Below are positions 18,216-28,109 of a stretch of DNA of 64,000 nt, piece by piece; position 1 is the first letter of the stretch; each line of letters starts with the position of its first letter. Below the pieces are notes generated by a model, which searched no databases, was not told the origin of the DNA, and worked only from the letters and a program-made list of their open reading frames with translations. The position numbers and the translations under genes were made by a program. Source of the DNA: Alphaproteobacteria bacterium (GTDB taxonomy: Bacteria > Pseudomonadota > Alphaproteobacteria > UBA7887); assembly GCA_965214495.1 (NCBI GenBank), contig OZ243958.1, forward strand, positions 1,301,989 to 1,365,988, in the 5' to 3' direction.

Positions 18216-19103
18216 TCAGACCGCATCGCCGCGGTAGAGCATGGCCACCGCCGTTCCGTCGGCTGACCCGTGCCCGCGCTGCGCCATCAGTCGATGCAGC
18301 TCGGCAGCGGTCGCCGTCATCGGCATTGCCGATTCGGTTTCGCGGGCAAGAGCGGCCACCGTATCGAGGTCCTTCAGCATGGTGCGAACATGCGATTCGA
18401 CGAACAGATCGCCCGCGACCATCTTCGGAAAGAATTGCTGGAGCAACGGCGAATCGGCGCGCCCGCCGGCAAGCGCTTCGGGAAGGCGCGCGGCGTCGAT
18501 TCCGGACCGCAGCGCCAGCCCCGCCGCCTCGGCGAGCACCGCGACGCCGCAACCGACGATCGTCTGATTGATCAGCTTGGCCGTCTGGCCGGCGCCGACC
18601 GGACCCATCAGGGTGAAGCGACGGGCGAGGTGCGCAACGACTGGCCGCAGCCGCTCGAAATCCTCTGCCCGACCGCCCGCCATAACGGTCAGACGCCCGC
18701 TTTCGGCACCGGCGACACCCCCCGAGACCGGTGCATCGACCCAGTTCATACCGGTTTCTTCATGGAGCCGCCTCGCCATCGCGCGGCAGGCGTCGGGGCG
18801 GATCGACGACATGTCGACGAGCAGTTTCCCGGCCGCACCGCCCGCAACCACCCCGTCGTCACCGAACACCACCGCCTCGACGGCCTCTGTGTCGGAGACG
18901 CAGATGAAGACGATGTCGGCGGCGCGGGCGACGTCGGCGGGGTCCGACCCCGCCGCCGCACCGAGCGCGATAACCGGATCGAGCTTCGCGGCGGTCCGTC
19001 CCCAGACGAAGAGAGGATAGCCGGCGCGAGCGATCCGCTTCGCCATCGGCGCTCCCATCAGACCGACGCCGATATAGCCCAGGCGCGGCTTCGGTTCGTT
19101 CAC
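18216..19103 (-). CDS. NAD(P)-dependent 3-hydroxyisobutyrate or tartronate-semialdehyde reductase family (HIBADH-like), ~295 aa
   Basis: It has an N-terminal GYIGVGLMGAPMA Rossmann motif. A GTG start is preceded by GGGGAGGG. Confidence 0.8.
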   Translation of the reverse strand: MNEPKPRLGYIGVGLMGAPMAKRIARAGYPLFVWGRTAAKLDPVIALGAAAGSDPADVARAADIVFICVSDTEAVEAVVFGDDGVVAGGAAGKLLVDMSSIRPDACRAMARRLHEETGMNWVDAPVSGGVAGAESGRLTVMAGGRAEDFERLRPVVAHLARRFTLMGPVGAGQTAKLINQTIVGCGVAVLAEAAGLALRSGIDAARLPEALAGGRADSPLLQQFFPKMVAGDLFVESHVRTMLKDLDTVAALARETESAMPMTATAAELHRLMAQRGHGSADGTAVAMLYRGDAV

Positions 19104-19137
19104 GACGGTTCCCTCCCCGACCCGGTTCGGACGGCGG

Positions 19138-22100
19138 TCAACCCCCGTCCGCCCGCCCGCTTTCGACCAGCAATTCGCGCAACACACCCGGCATCAGCAT
19201 GGCCACCGGGTTAACCGAAACCGAGGGCGCGGCGCGCGTCCCCTGCACTCTGTAGGGAGCCGCGAACACGCCCTTGCCGTCGCCGCCGGTCAACAGATCG
19301 CCGATCAGCGGAACCGCGCCCACGAGGCTGTTGAGTGCGTAGAGCGGCACGACCATGCCGTCAACGTCCACTGCGTCGCTATGGAAATCGATCGTGCCGT
19401 CCATGGTCAGCCCCAGCGAGAGGCCGGAAGCGCGGGCCTGATCGAGCGTCAGAACCCCGCCCTCGTATAGATATGGCGCACGAAAGGTGTGGAAGGCGAT
19501 CCCGTCACCGCTCAACTGCTCAAGCAGCCCGGTGATGGTGACGAGGTTCAACAACTGCGCCAGCACCGGCGCATCGACCATGCGGAAGTCGTTGACGAGC
19601 AGCACGCCGCGCATGGGCAGCGCCGCCGCCCGGTCGTCGATCTCGGCGTTCATCGTGAGGCGGCCGCCCACCATGTTCGGGGTCAGGTCGAGCGCGCGGA
19701 ACAGATGCCCCGCATCGTCCGCGGCGACCGTGAGAGTCCGGCGTCCGGCGGCAGGCCCCTCGCCCAACCGCACCGCCATCGGCGCGCCGCTTTCCAGCAG
19801 GCCATCGACCGTCGCGCTTTCGACGACCTGACCATCGAAGGTTACGAGCGCGGTGGCGTCCGTCACCACCAACCCGTCGTCGAGCATCATCCTGTCAACA
19901 CTGGCCGACAGGACGAAAGGCGGGATTTCGCCGACGCCATCGCTCTCGGCAAAGAGCCCGCCGCTCCGTAAATCGAGGCTGCGACCGCCGACAGCGACCG
20001 TCACGGGATCGTCGCCACCGGCCGAGAGCGTGCCGGAAACGTCCGTGCCACCGGACGAGAACCGGTCGAAGCGGACGGCCCAGACATCGTCCGATCGAGC
20101 CGCCGAGCCCACCGCGGTGAACCCGTCCGCGGCGGCGTCGAAAAGGCGCACCGAGTCGATACCGTCGCTGCCCACCGAGAGCACGACCCGGGCGGCGGCA
20201 GGCGCACCGGCCGGCTTCGACCAGGCGAGGGCCGGCAGGTCGATTTCCGTTTCCGTCGCGTCGATTTCCATCTCGACGGCCATCGGCCCGTCGCCCGTTC
20301 CAGCCGCCTTCCAGTCCACGGCGACGGGACCGGCGAGCCATTCGAGCCCGAAACCGAAACGGTCGCGCGCGGCTGCATCCAACACCGCCGAACCGTCGAT
20401 ACGGCGCTCCGTCTCTCCCGGCGCGGGGAAGAAGGTTTCGCGCCAGCGCACGGTGCCCGGAACACCGTCGATACGAGCCTCGACCACGAGATCGATCCCA
20501 CCCTTCTCGAACACCAGTTTCCCGGAGCCGTCGTGGACGAGGCGGCCGGCGAGCGGCTCACCCGAGGCGCCGGGCGCGATGGCGATGTCGCTCAGATCCG
20601 CCACGACGGAGATATCGACCTGATCGAACTCGACCGCGTCGACGAGCGGAAACCGGATGGTGAGATCGCCCGCGACGGAGCCGGAAACCCGCGCCGGGTC
20701 CAGCGTCAGCGATTGAACGAACCGGAACGGCGGCTGGTCGAGAACCGCCAACGTCTCTCCCGAACCGCCGGCGACTGACATCAGGATGCGAGCCATCCCC
20801 GGCGCGTTCGGGCTGCCACGCATCTCGATAGCGCCGCCGCGAATCGTCAACGGACCCGACTGCCCGCCCCCGATCTCCATGTTCAGGCCAAGGGAGTCGA
20901 ACCGCCCGACAGCACGCACGCCCCACGCCGGCGGCAGGGCGTCGTGGTAGAGGACTGTCGCGCCGTCGATCGACAACCGACCATCGACCCGGTCGGCGGG
21001 CAGATTCACCATGCCCCATTCGTCGCCTGGAACGTCCAGACGCAATACGAATTCCTCGATCGTCCCGCCGCTCACGTTCGCGACCACCCACCGGCGCGCA
21101 TCGGGCAGCACCTCGTGCGGCCACCAGTCATCGAGAGCGTCGATCGGCACCGCTCGCGCAACGACCTGCAACGCGGCGTCCGGCCGGTCCCAATCGCCCC
21201 CCACCGTGCCGTTCACAGTCAGCGCAGAATCGCCGAAATCGAGCGAAAGATCGTCGAGCGCCAGTTTCTGCAAGCGGTCCCCCAATCGACCCACCGCCGT
21301 CACGCCCGCAACCGCGAACCGGGTTCCCGGCGCCCACGGCCGCGGCGCTTCGATCGTTCCCGCGCCTCCTGCGAGATCGAACGAGACAGTGTCGATGTGT
21401 CCGTCCGAAGCACGCGTCGCGACGACATTCCCGCTTATCGGCAGGTCGAAATCCGCAGCGAAGGCAAGTTCCGGCGCGAGCCGAGCCAGCCGCGCGGGGA
21501 TCAGGTCCGAGACCGTCGCCTCGACCGCCCCTGCGCTGTCGTCCGTGTTCCACGATGCCGAGGCATCGAACGCGACCGTCTCCCCATCATGCGTGACCGA
21601 CAACGCCGCCTTCGCGAACATCCTTCCCGGGCGTTGCTCCAACGCGAGGCTCTCGAACGACCATATCCATCCGCGGTTCGGGTCTTCGCTGTGCAGGACG
21701 AACGTCGCGTCGGAGACGTTCAGGCCGCGCAGATGTCCGCCCGTGCGGAAATTCGCGGCGATCGACCGAAGCACGCGCGACGACGTGCCGGAGAATCCGA
21801 CGTCGCCGCCCGCGCCGGTCTCTTCTGCGCTCCCGACCGCCGGAGCCTCGTCCGGGCGGATCGGGATGTGCACGGTCGGCGCCACGAGGTCGATATGTCG
21901 CGGCGCGACGACCCCGCGCGCCAGCGCCGGCACACTCAATGCGATCGTCATCTCCGGCGCACGCATCGTCACGGCATCGTCGAGACGAGCGGCACGGACG
22001 TCGACGGCCCGGATTCCGATCGCCCGTCCGTCCCCGCCCCAAGCGAGCACCAGATCGTCGAAAGACAAGCGCGAATCGGAGTCCCCGGCGACCAGCGCGG

Positions 22101-22265
22101 CTTCCAGATGCGGCGCCAGAAACGCCAGAGACACCGGCCCTTGGGACAACCGCCACGCACCGAGCCCGAGCACCAGAGCGACGATGCCGACGATGCCGCC
22201 GACGGAGTGCAGCACAATCCTGGTGAACGGTCCGATCACGTTCCGCGCCCGCCCCTCTGGCCCGC
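19138..22265 (-). CDS. AsmA/YhdP-family large envelope protein (~1040 aa). The start is uncertain (22238-22265).
   Basis: It has an N-terminal transmembrane helix (IVLHSVGGIVGIVALVLGLGAW) and the C-terminal AsmA-like region …PLYALNSLVGAVPLIGDLLTGGDGKGVFAAPYRVQGTRAAPSVSVNP…. The annotated 1713-aa ORF is an open-frame extension into glnE antisense. Confidence 0.7.
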
Positions 22266-22455
22266 CGCCGGCCACTACGTCTGTGTTGTATGGTCTTATA
22301 ACGCCATTCTCGAACTTTGCCCGTCGCGGCGCCGAACCCGACGGATGGACGGCCGTGTATCCGCCATCGCTTTCCAACCTCGCCGCTCTGCCGCAAGCGT
22401 GCGACCCTGAGGCCGCCGAGCGCAGCTTCGCCGAGCGGCGACCGGCGTCACGGCG

Positions 22456-25296
22456 GTGACGGACACCGAGCGTGCAGTGCTCACGGCCCTGTTCGGCAAC
22501 GCGCCCTTTCTCCGCCGGTGCGCCGCGCGGCACCCTGCGAGTCTGGCGGCGGCCCTCCGCGACGGGCCAGATGCAGCGCTCGTGGCGGCGCTCGGCGAAT
22601 TGGACTCCGAGGTAAGTGCCGACGGCGCTGACGAGGCGGGAGTCCGGCGCGCCCTGCGGCGCGCCCGGCAACGCACGGCCCTGATCGTCGCCGCGGCGGA
22701 CGTGGCCGGCCTGTGGGACGATCGACGGACGACCGCAGCGCTCAGCCGTTTTGCCGACGTCGCGATCCGGCACGCCGTCGATCATTTGCTGCGCCAGTCG
22801 CATGGCTGGGGGGAACTGGCCCTTCCCGACCCCGGCACGCCGCATTCCGGTTGCGGGTTGTTCGTGCTTGCACTGGGTAAGCTCGGCGGCGGCGAGCTCA
22901 ACTATTCGAGCGATGTCGATCTGATCGTGCTCTACGACGCCGACACGGCGCCCGTGACCGGCGGCAAGCCTCCCCAGACGATTTTCGTGAAACTCGCGCA
23001 ACGCCTCGCACGGCTGCTCGAAGAGCGCACGGCGGACGGTTATGTCTTCCGCACCGATTTTCGGTTGCGCCCCGACCCGGCAGCCACCCCGCCTGCGGTG
23101 TCGGTTGCAGCGGCAGAAGGGTATTACGCCAGTCTCGGACAGAACTGGGAGCGCGCCGCGATGATCAAGGCGCGTCCGGTGGCCGGAGATCTTGCGGCGG
23201 CCGGGACGTTCCTGCGCGCGCTTCGTCCGTTCGTGTGGCGCAAACATCTCGATTTCGCCGCGATCCGTGACATTCAATCCATCAAGCGCCAGATCCGCAG
23301 ACATCGGGGCGGCGGCGAGATCGCGATCGCCGGCCACAATCTCAAGCTCGGTCGCGGCGGCATCCGGGAGATCGAATTCTTCACCCAAACGCAGCAACTC
23401 ATCTGGGGCGGACGCGACCCCACCCTGCGCGCGCGGAGCACCGAGGCGGCACTGAACGCCCTCGCCGCCGCCGGCCGTGTCGATGCCGGAGACGCGACGG
23501 CGTTGGTCGAATCCTACTGGTATCTGCGCCACGTCGAACACCGGTTGCAGATGATCGCGGACCGGCAAACCCATAGCCTGCCCGAAAGCGCGGAAGAGTT
23601 TGCGCGCGTCGCGACCTTTCTCGGACACGACAGCACGACCCGGTTCACGGAAGAGATGCGAGCGCATCTGCACCGGGTGGCATCGCTCTGCGAAGGACTG
23701 TTCGAGGACACGGCACCGCTCGACGCCCCGCTTCCCGGCGGCGGGAATCTGGTTTTCACGAGCGCCGATACGGACCCCGAGACGATCGCCACCCTTGAAC
23801 GCATGGGTTTCAGCGAGCCGCTCACCCTGTCGAACACGATTCGCTCCTGGCATCACGGCCGAATGCCGGCGACCCGCAGTGCCCGCGGGCGCGAACTGCT
23901 GACCGAACTCACTCCGGGGCTGCTCGACGCACTCGCCGCCACCGCCAACCCGGATCAGGCCTTCGTCAGGTTCGACGCCTTTCTGCGCCGGTTGCCCGCC
24001 GGCGTGCAGCTCTTTTCGTTGTTCGCCGCCAGGCCGCAACTGCTCACGCTGATCGCCGAGATCGTGGGCAGTGCGCCGCGCATCGCGCGCCATCTCAGCG
24101 CTCGCGCGAGCCTGCTCGATTCGGTGTTGACCCGAGGGTTTTTCGACGACCTGCCCGACCGGGGGGAATACCGTCGGTCGCTCGCCGCCGAACTCACCGC
24201 CGCCGGCGACTTCCAGGACTGCCTGGAAATCGCGCGCCAATGGGCGGCCGATGCGAAGTTTCGCGTCAGCGTTCAACAACTACTGGGGAAACGCGCGGCG
24301 AAAGAGGCCGGCATGGCCTTGAGCGATATCGCCGATGTGATCATCGAGGCGATGCTGGAAGCGGTAGGCGACGAATTCGCGGAACGACACGGCCGTTTCG
24401 ACGATGGCGGGCTTGCCGTGCTCGGCTTCGGCAAGCTCGGTAGCCGCATGTTGTCGCGCGGCTCCGACCTCGACCTGGTTTTCGTCCATGACCGCCCGGA
24501 CACGCCCGTGTCGAGCGGCCGCCGCGGCCTCGATCCGCCCGCCTATTACGCCCGCCTCGGTCAGCGCCTGATCACCGCGCTGTCGGCACAAACCGGCGCC
24601 GGCTTGCTGTTCGAGATCGACATGCGGCTGCGTCCCATGGGCGACGACGGGCCGCTCGCCAGCGACTTCGCCGGCTTCGACCGCTACTACCGCGAAGAGG
24701 CGTGGACGTGGGAACTCATGGCGCTCAGCCGGGCACGGGTCATACGGGCGCCGCCCGGCCTCGCCGCGCGCATCGCCGCGCTGATCGAGTCGGTGCTGAC
24801 TCGATCTCGGGATGCGCGGGCGCTGTCACGCGACGTGGCTGCCATGCGCCGGCGCATCGCCGCCGAGCACGGCACAACCGATCCGTTGTCGATAAAACAC
24901 GTGCGCGGCGGTCTGATCGATGTCGAATTCATCGCGCAGACCCTGCTGTTGCGGGAGGCGGCGCGCCACCCCGAGGTCGTGCGGACCAACACTCACGACG
25001 TTCTGGAAGCGTTGTGCGCCGCCCGCGTTTTGAGCCGGTCGGAGACGGAGACGCTGATCGAAGCGGCCGACCTGTATTACAATGTGCAAGCCATGCTGCG
25101 GTTGAGCTTGAGCGGCCGGCTCGACGAGAAGACGGCGCCGGAGGGGCTGCGGCGTATTCTGGCGCGCGCCGGCGGAGTCGAAGATTTCGCGGCGCTGAGA
25201 GAGAAACTGAAACGGACGCAGACCCGCGTGCGCGCGCTTTTCCACTCGCTGATCGAGGCCGCCGCGGACGAAACCGATAGAGGAGATCGAACATGA
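22456..25296 (+). CDS. glnE: Bifunctional glutamine synthetase adenylyltransferase / adenylyl-removing enzyme
   Basis: A 946-aa protein with two nucleotidyltransferase domains (…GKLGGGELNYSSDVDLI… and …GKLGSRMLSRGSDLDLVFV…). Confidence 0.9.
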   Translation: MTDTERAVLTALFGNAPFLRRCAARHPASLAAALRDGPDAALVAALGELDSEVSADGADEAGVRRALRRARQRTALIVAAADVAGLWDDRRTTAALSRFADVAIRHAVDHLLRQSHGWGELALPDPGTPHSGCGLFVLALGKLGGGELNYSSDVDLIVLYDADTAPVTGGKPPQTIFVKLAQRLARLLEERTADGYVFRTDFRLRPDPAATPPAVSVAAAEGYYASLGQNWERAAMIKARPVAGDLAAAGTFLRALRPFVWRKHLDFAAIRDIQSIKRQIRRHRGGGEIAIAGHNLKLGRGGIREIEFFTQTQQLIWGGRDPTLRARSTEAALNALAAAGRVDAGDATALVESYWYLRHVEHRLQMIADRQTHSLPESAEEFARVATFLGHDSTTRFTEEMRAHLHRVASLCEGLFEDTAPLDAPLPGGGNLVFTSADTDPETIATLERMGFSEPLTLSNTIRSWHHGRMPATRSARGRELLTELTPGLLDALAATANPDQAFVRFDAFLRRLPAGVQLFSLFAARPQLLTLIAEIVGSAPRIARHLSARASLLDSVLTRGFFDDLPDRGEYRRSLAAELTAAGDFQDCLEIARQWAADAKFRVSVQQLLGKRAAKEAGMALSDIADVIIEAMLEAVGDEFAERHGRFDDGGLAVLGFGKLGSRMLSRGSDLDLVFVHDRPDTPVSSGRRGLDPPAYYARLGQRLITALSAQTGAGLLFEIDMRLRPMGDDGPLASDFAGFDRYYREEAWTWELMALSRARVIRAPPGLAARIAALIESVLTRSRDARALSRDVAAMRRRIAAEHGTTDPLSIKHVRGGLIDVEFIAQTLLLREAARHPEVVRTNTHDVLEALCAARVLSRSETETLIEAADLYYNVQAMLRLSLSGRLDEKTAPEGLRRILARAGGVEDFAALREKLKRTQTRVRALFHSLIEAAADETDRGDRT

Positions 25297-25766
25297 GCCC
25301 AGCCCCCCAAGCCGGCGATCCGGCCCCCGCGTTCGACCTGCCCGCCGACGGCGACGGCACGGTCTCGTTGGAAGCGCTCCGCGGACGCAAGGTCGTTCTC
25401 TACTTCTATCCCCGGGACGACACGCCGGGGTGCACGAAGGAAGCGATCGGTTTCAGCGAAAGGATCGGCGAGTTCGACGCCGCCGGAGCGGCGGTCGTCG
25501 GCGCATCGAAAGACCCGGTGAGCAAGCACGACAGGTTCATCGCCAAACATGCGCTCAAGGTGCGCCTCGTCTCGGACACCGAGGGCAAGCTGTGCGAGGA
25601 CTATGGCGTCTGGGTGGAGAAAAACAGATACGGGCGCAAATACATGGGGATCGATCGCAGCACTTTTCTGATCGATGGTAACGGCGTCGTCCGACGCGTA
25701 TGGCGCAAGGTCCGGGTGCCCGGCCATGTCGACGAGGTCCTCGAAGCGACGCGCAACCTGTCGTAG
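25293..25766 (+). CDS. bcp: Thiol peroxidase Bcp (peroxiredoxin)
   Basis: It has the YFYPRDDTPGCTKEA peroxiredoxin active site. An ATGA overlaps the glnE stop. Confidence 0.88.
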   Translation: MSPAPQAGDPAPAFDLPADGDGTVSLEALRGRKVVLYFYPRDDTPGCTKEAIGFSERIGEFDAAGAAVVGASKDPVSKHDRFIAKHALKVRLVSDTEGKLCEDYGVWVEKNRYGRKYMGIDRSTFLIDGNGVVRRVWRKVRVPGHVDEVLEATRNLS

Positions 25767-25903
25767 GGCGGCGCGGCTCACGGCTTTGTCAACGATCGTG
25801 CGTTGCCGCGAGCGGGGCGATACCGATTTCGGGTGGACGACATACAAACCGGCCCGACCGGCGGTGTCGCCGCCGAGGCCGGCTGAGAAGAGGAGGATCG
25901 AAC

Positions 25904-26785
25904 ATGACAATTCCGGTGCGCGCGGCGGCAATGACCGCGCTCTGCGCTCTGGCCGGCGCCGTGACGGCGGATGCGATGCCGCTGCAGAACCGCCAGGTGG
26001 AACCTGCCGTCGGCGCCCGCCCGTCGAACACTTATTTCGGACCGGGCAGCCAAGCGGCCAGCAGGAACGTTCCCGGCTCGGACGAGGTGGAGGTCGCACC
26101 GCAGTGGATGCGCGATCAGGAAGTCATGAGCGTCCGGACGGGAGCGGTGGAATTCCTTCTGCGCATGGAGAACATCGCCGGCTACGACTCGCTGGTGTTC
26201 TCCGACGGCACTTCCCAAGCCGCCGGCTTCTCGCACGGCGTCTATGCCGTCCATGAATCGGGTTGGCCGATCTACCGGCCGGACTCGGTGGCCGTGCCCG
26301 GCAGCGGACTCGAGGAACTGGGCGAGGACGGTAACGTGCGCCCGATGCAGCACTATCTCGAGACGCATCCCGACGTTTACGAGTCGGGGATTTTCTACAA
26401 GCCCGTCGGCTGGGACAAGGACGGCGAGTTATGGCCCGGCGACGCCTATGAAGTGCGCTTCTCCGCCGACCCCGGCGAGAAGCTGTCCATCACCACCATG
26501 CTCATGCAATCCAACGATATCGTTTACGGGCCGCATGGCGGGCGCCTCGATCTGTTCGACGAAGACGGCGTGCCGCTCGTCGGCGACATCTCGGCGATGT
26601 TCGGAGCCTACGACGTGGGCACCGAGGTCAACGAGGACCCGAAATCCGGACCGAATGTCGGGATGAACCAGTCGGGGTTGAATTCCGGCGTCGCCGAAGT
26701 CGTCCCGATCACAGCGCCCGACGACGGCTTCGACTATCCGCCGACGCCGGAGGTTCTGAAGATCACCCTGGAACGGGTTCGCTGA
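25904..26785 (+). CDS. Secreted spondin_N domain-containing protein (293 aa, signal peptide)
   Basis: The RBS AGGAGG precedes a signal peptide MTIPVRAAAMTALCALAGAVTADA. Motifs …TTMLMQSNDIVYG… and …AYDVGTEVNEDP… resemble the bacterial Spondin_N family. Confidence 0.55.
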   Translation: MTIPVRAAAMTALCALAGAVTADAMPLQNRQVEPAVGARPSNTYFGPGSQAASRNVPGSDEVEVAPQWMRDQEVMSVRTGAVEFLLRMENIAGYDSLVFSDGTSQAAGFSHGVYAVHESGWPIYRPDSVAVPGSGLEELGEDGNVRPMQHYLETHPDVYESGIFYKPVGWDKDGELWPGDAYEVRFSADPGEKLSITTMLMQSNDIVYGPHGGRLDLFDEDGVPLVGDISAMFGAYDVGTEVNEDPKSGPNVGMNQSGLNSGVAEVVPITAPDDGFDYPPTPEVLKITLERVR

Positions 26786-26937
26786 ACCGGGGGACCGATC
26801 GGCGGAAGCAACGCCTGTCGTCACCGGAATCCGGAGTTCGTGACAGGGGTTCTCGTCGATGCGGATTCCGTCGGCGAACCCGCGCTGCGCCCTCGGCGTT
26901 TACGACGAAGGTGAGTGGAAACCTCTGAATCGGTGCG

Positions 26938-28060
26938 CTAACCCTCGGCCCCGCCGCGGCGGCTATCGACCTGGGCGGCCAACGCCGCGCCGACGAACGT
27001 GTCGATCCGCCCGTCCAGAACCGCCTGAGTGTTGCCGGTCTCCACGCCGGTCCGGAGGTCCTTGACCATCTGATAGGGTTGCAGGACGTAAGACCGGATC
27101 TGATGTCCCCAGCCGATATCGGTCTTGCCGGCTTCCCGGGCAGCCTGTTCGTCGCGTCGGGCCTGTAACTCCCGTTCGTAGAGGCGCGCCCGCAACATGC
27201 TCAACGCGGCGGCGCGGTTTTTGTGCTGGGAACGCTCGTTCTGGCACTGAACGACGATGCCGGTCGGCAGATGAGTCATGCGCACGGCCGAATCGGTCTT
27301 GTTGACGTGCTGCCCGCCGGCGCCGGAGGAACGGTAGGTATCGACGCGGAGGTCCTTGTCGGCGATCTCGATCTCGATCGAATCGTCGACTACAGGATAC
27401 ACCCAGACGCTGGCGAAACTGGTATGCCGGCGGCCCGATGCATCGAAGGGGGATATACGCACCAGGCGATGGACGCCGCTTTCCGTTCTCAGCCAGCCAT
27501 AGGCGTTTTCGCCGCGCAGTTTCACGGTGACGCTCTTGAGGCCCGCTTCTTCCCCCGGGCTTTCCTCGATGAACTCGCTCTTGAAGCCGCGCGCGCCGGC
27601 CCAGCGCGTATACATGCGCAACAGCATTTCGGCCCAGTCCTGACTCTCCGTGCCGCCGGCGCCGGCGTGGATCTCGACGAAGCAATCGTTGCCGTCCGCC
27701 TCGCCCGAGAGCAGGGTCTCGATCTCGACATCCTTCGCGCGCGCTCCGAGCTCGCCGAGCGCTCCGGCCCCCTCGCGGATCAGCGCTTCGTCGCCGTCAT
27801 CTTCCGCAAGTTCCAGCAGCGTGCGAATCTCGTCGAGTTCGCCGGCAAGTTCCGCTTCCGTCGCCAGCGCGCGTTCCAGACGATTGCGCTCGCGCATCGC
27901 CTGCCGCGCCGCCGCGATGTCTTTCCAGAAGTCCGGTTGCTCGGATCGGGCGTCGAGGGCCTTCAGCCGTTGCCGCGCCTTGTCGGGGTCAAAGATGCCT
28001 CCTCAGCAGCGCCAACGACTTCTCGATATCGTCAACGACCGCTTGCAGTTCCGCTCTCAT
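26938..28060 (-). CDS. prfB: Peptide chain release factor 2, expressed through a programmed +1 ribosomal frameshift
   Basis: Frame 0 runs from ATG 28060 through MRAELQAVVDDIEKSLALLRRHL to the UGA at 27989-27991, within AGGAGGCAUCUUUGAC. The +1 frame continues DPDKARQRLK… into the 319-aa ORF, which has the SPF and GGQ motifs (…SGAGGQHVNKTDSAVR…). Confidence 0.9.
27975..28000 (-). promoter_or_regulatory. prfB: prfB autoregulatory +1 frameshift site (SD-like GAGGAGG followed by CUU UGA C)
   Basis: The reverse complement of 27988-27994 is CTTTGAC. An internal Shine-Dalgarno-like sequence lies 3 nt upstream. Confidence 0.85.
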
Positions 28061-28109
28061 GTCGGCGATCCCTGTTCCCGATGTTTCCGATGGCACCCGT
28101 CGGACGAGC

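Noticed and set aside
19138-24279. A 1713-aa ORF
   Set aside because: Only the C-terminal ~1040 aa (from the transmembrane helix near 22240) are AsmA/YhdP-like. The rest is an open-frame run antisense to glnE.
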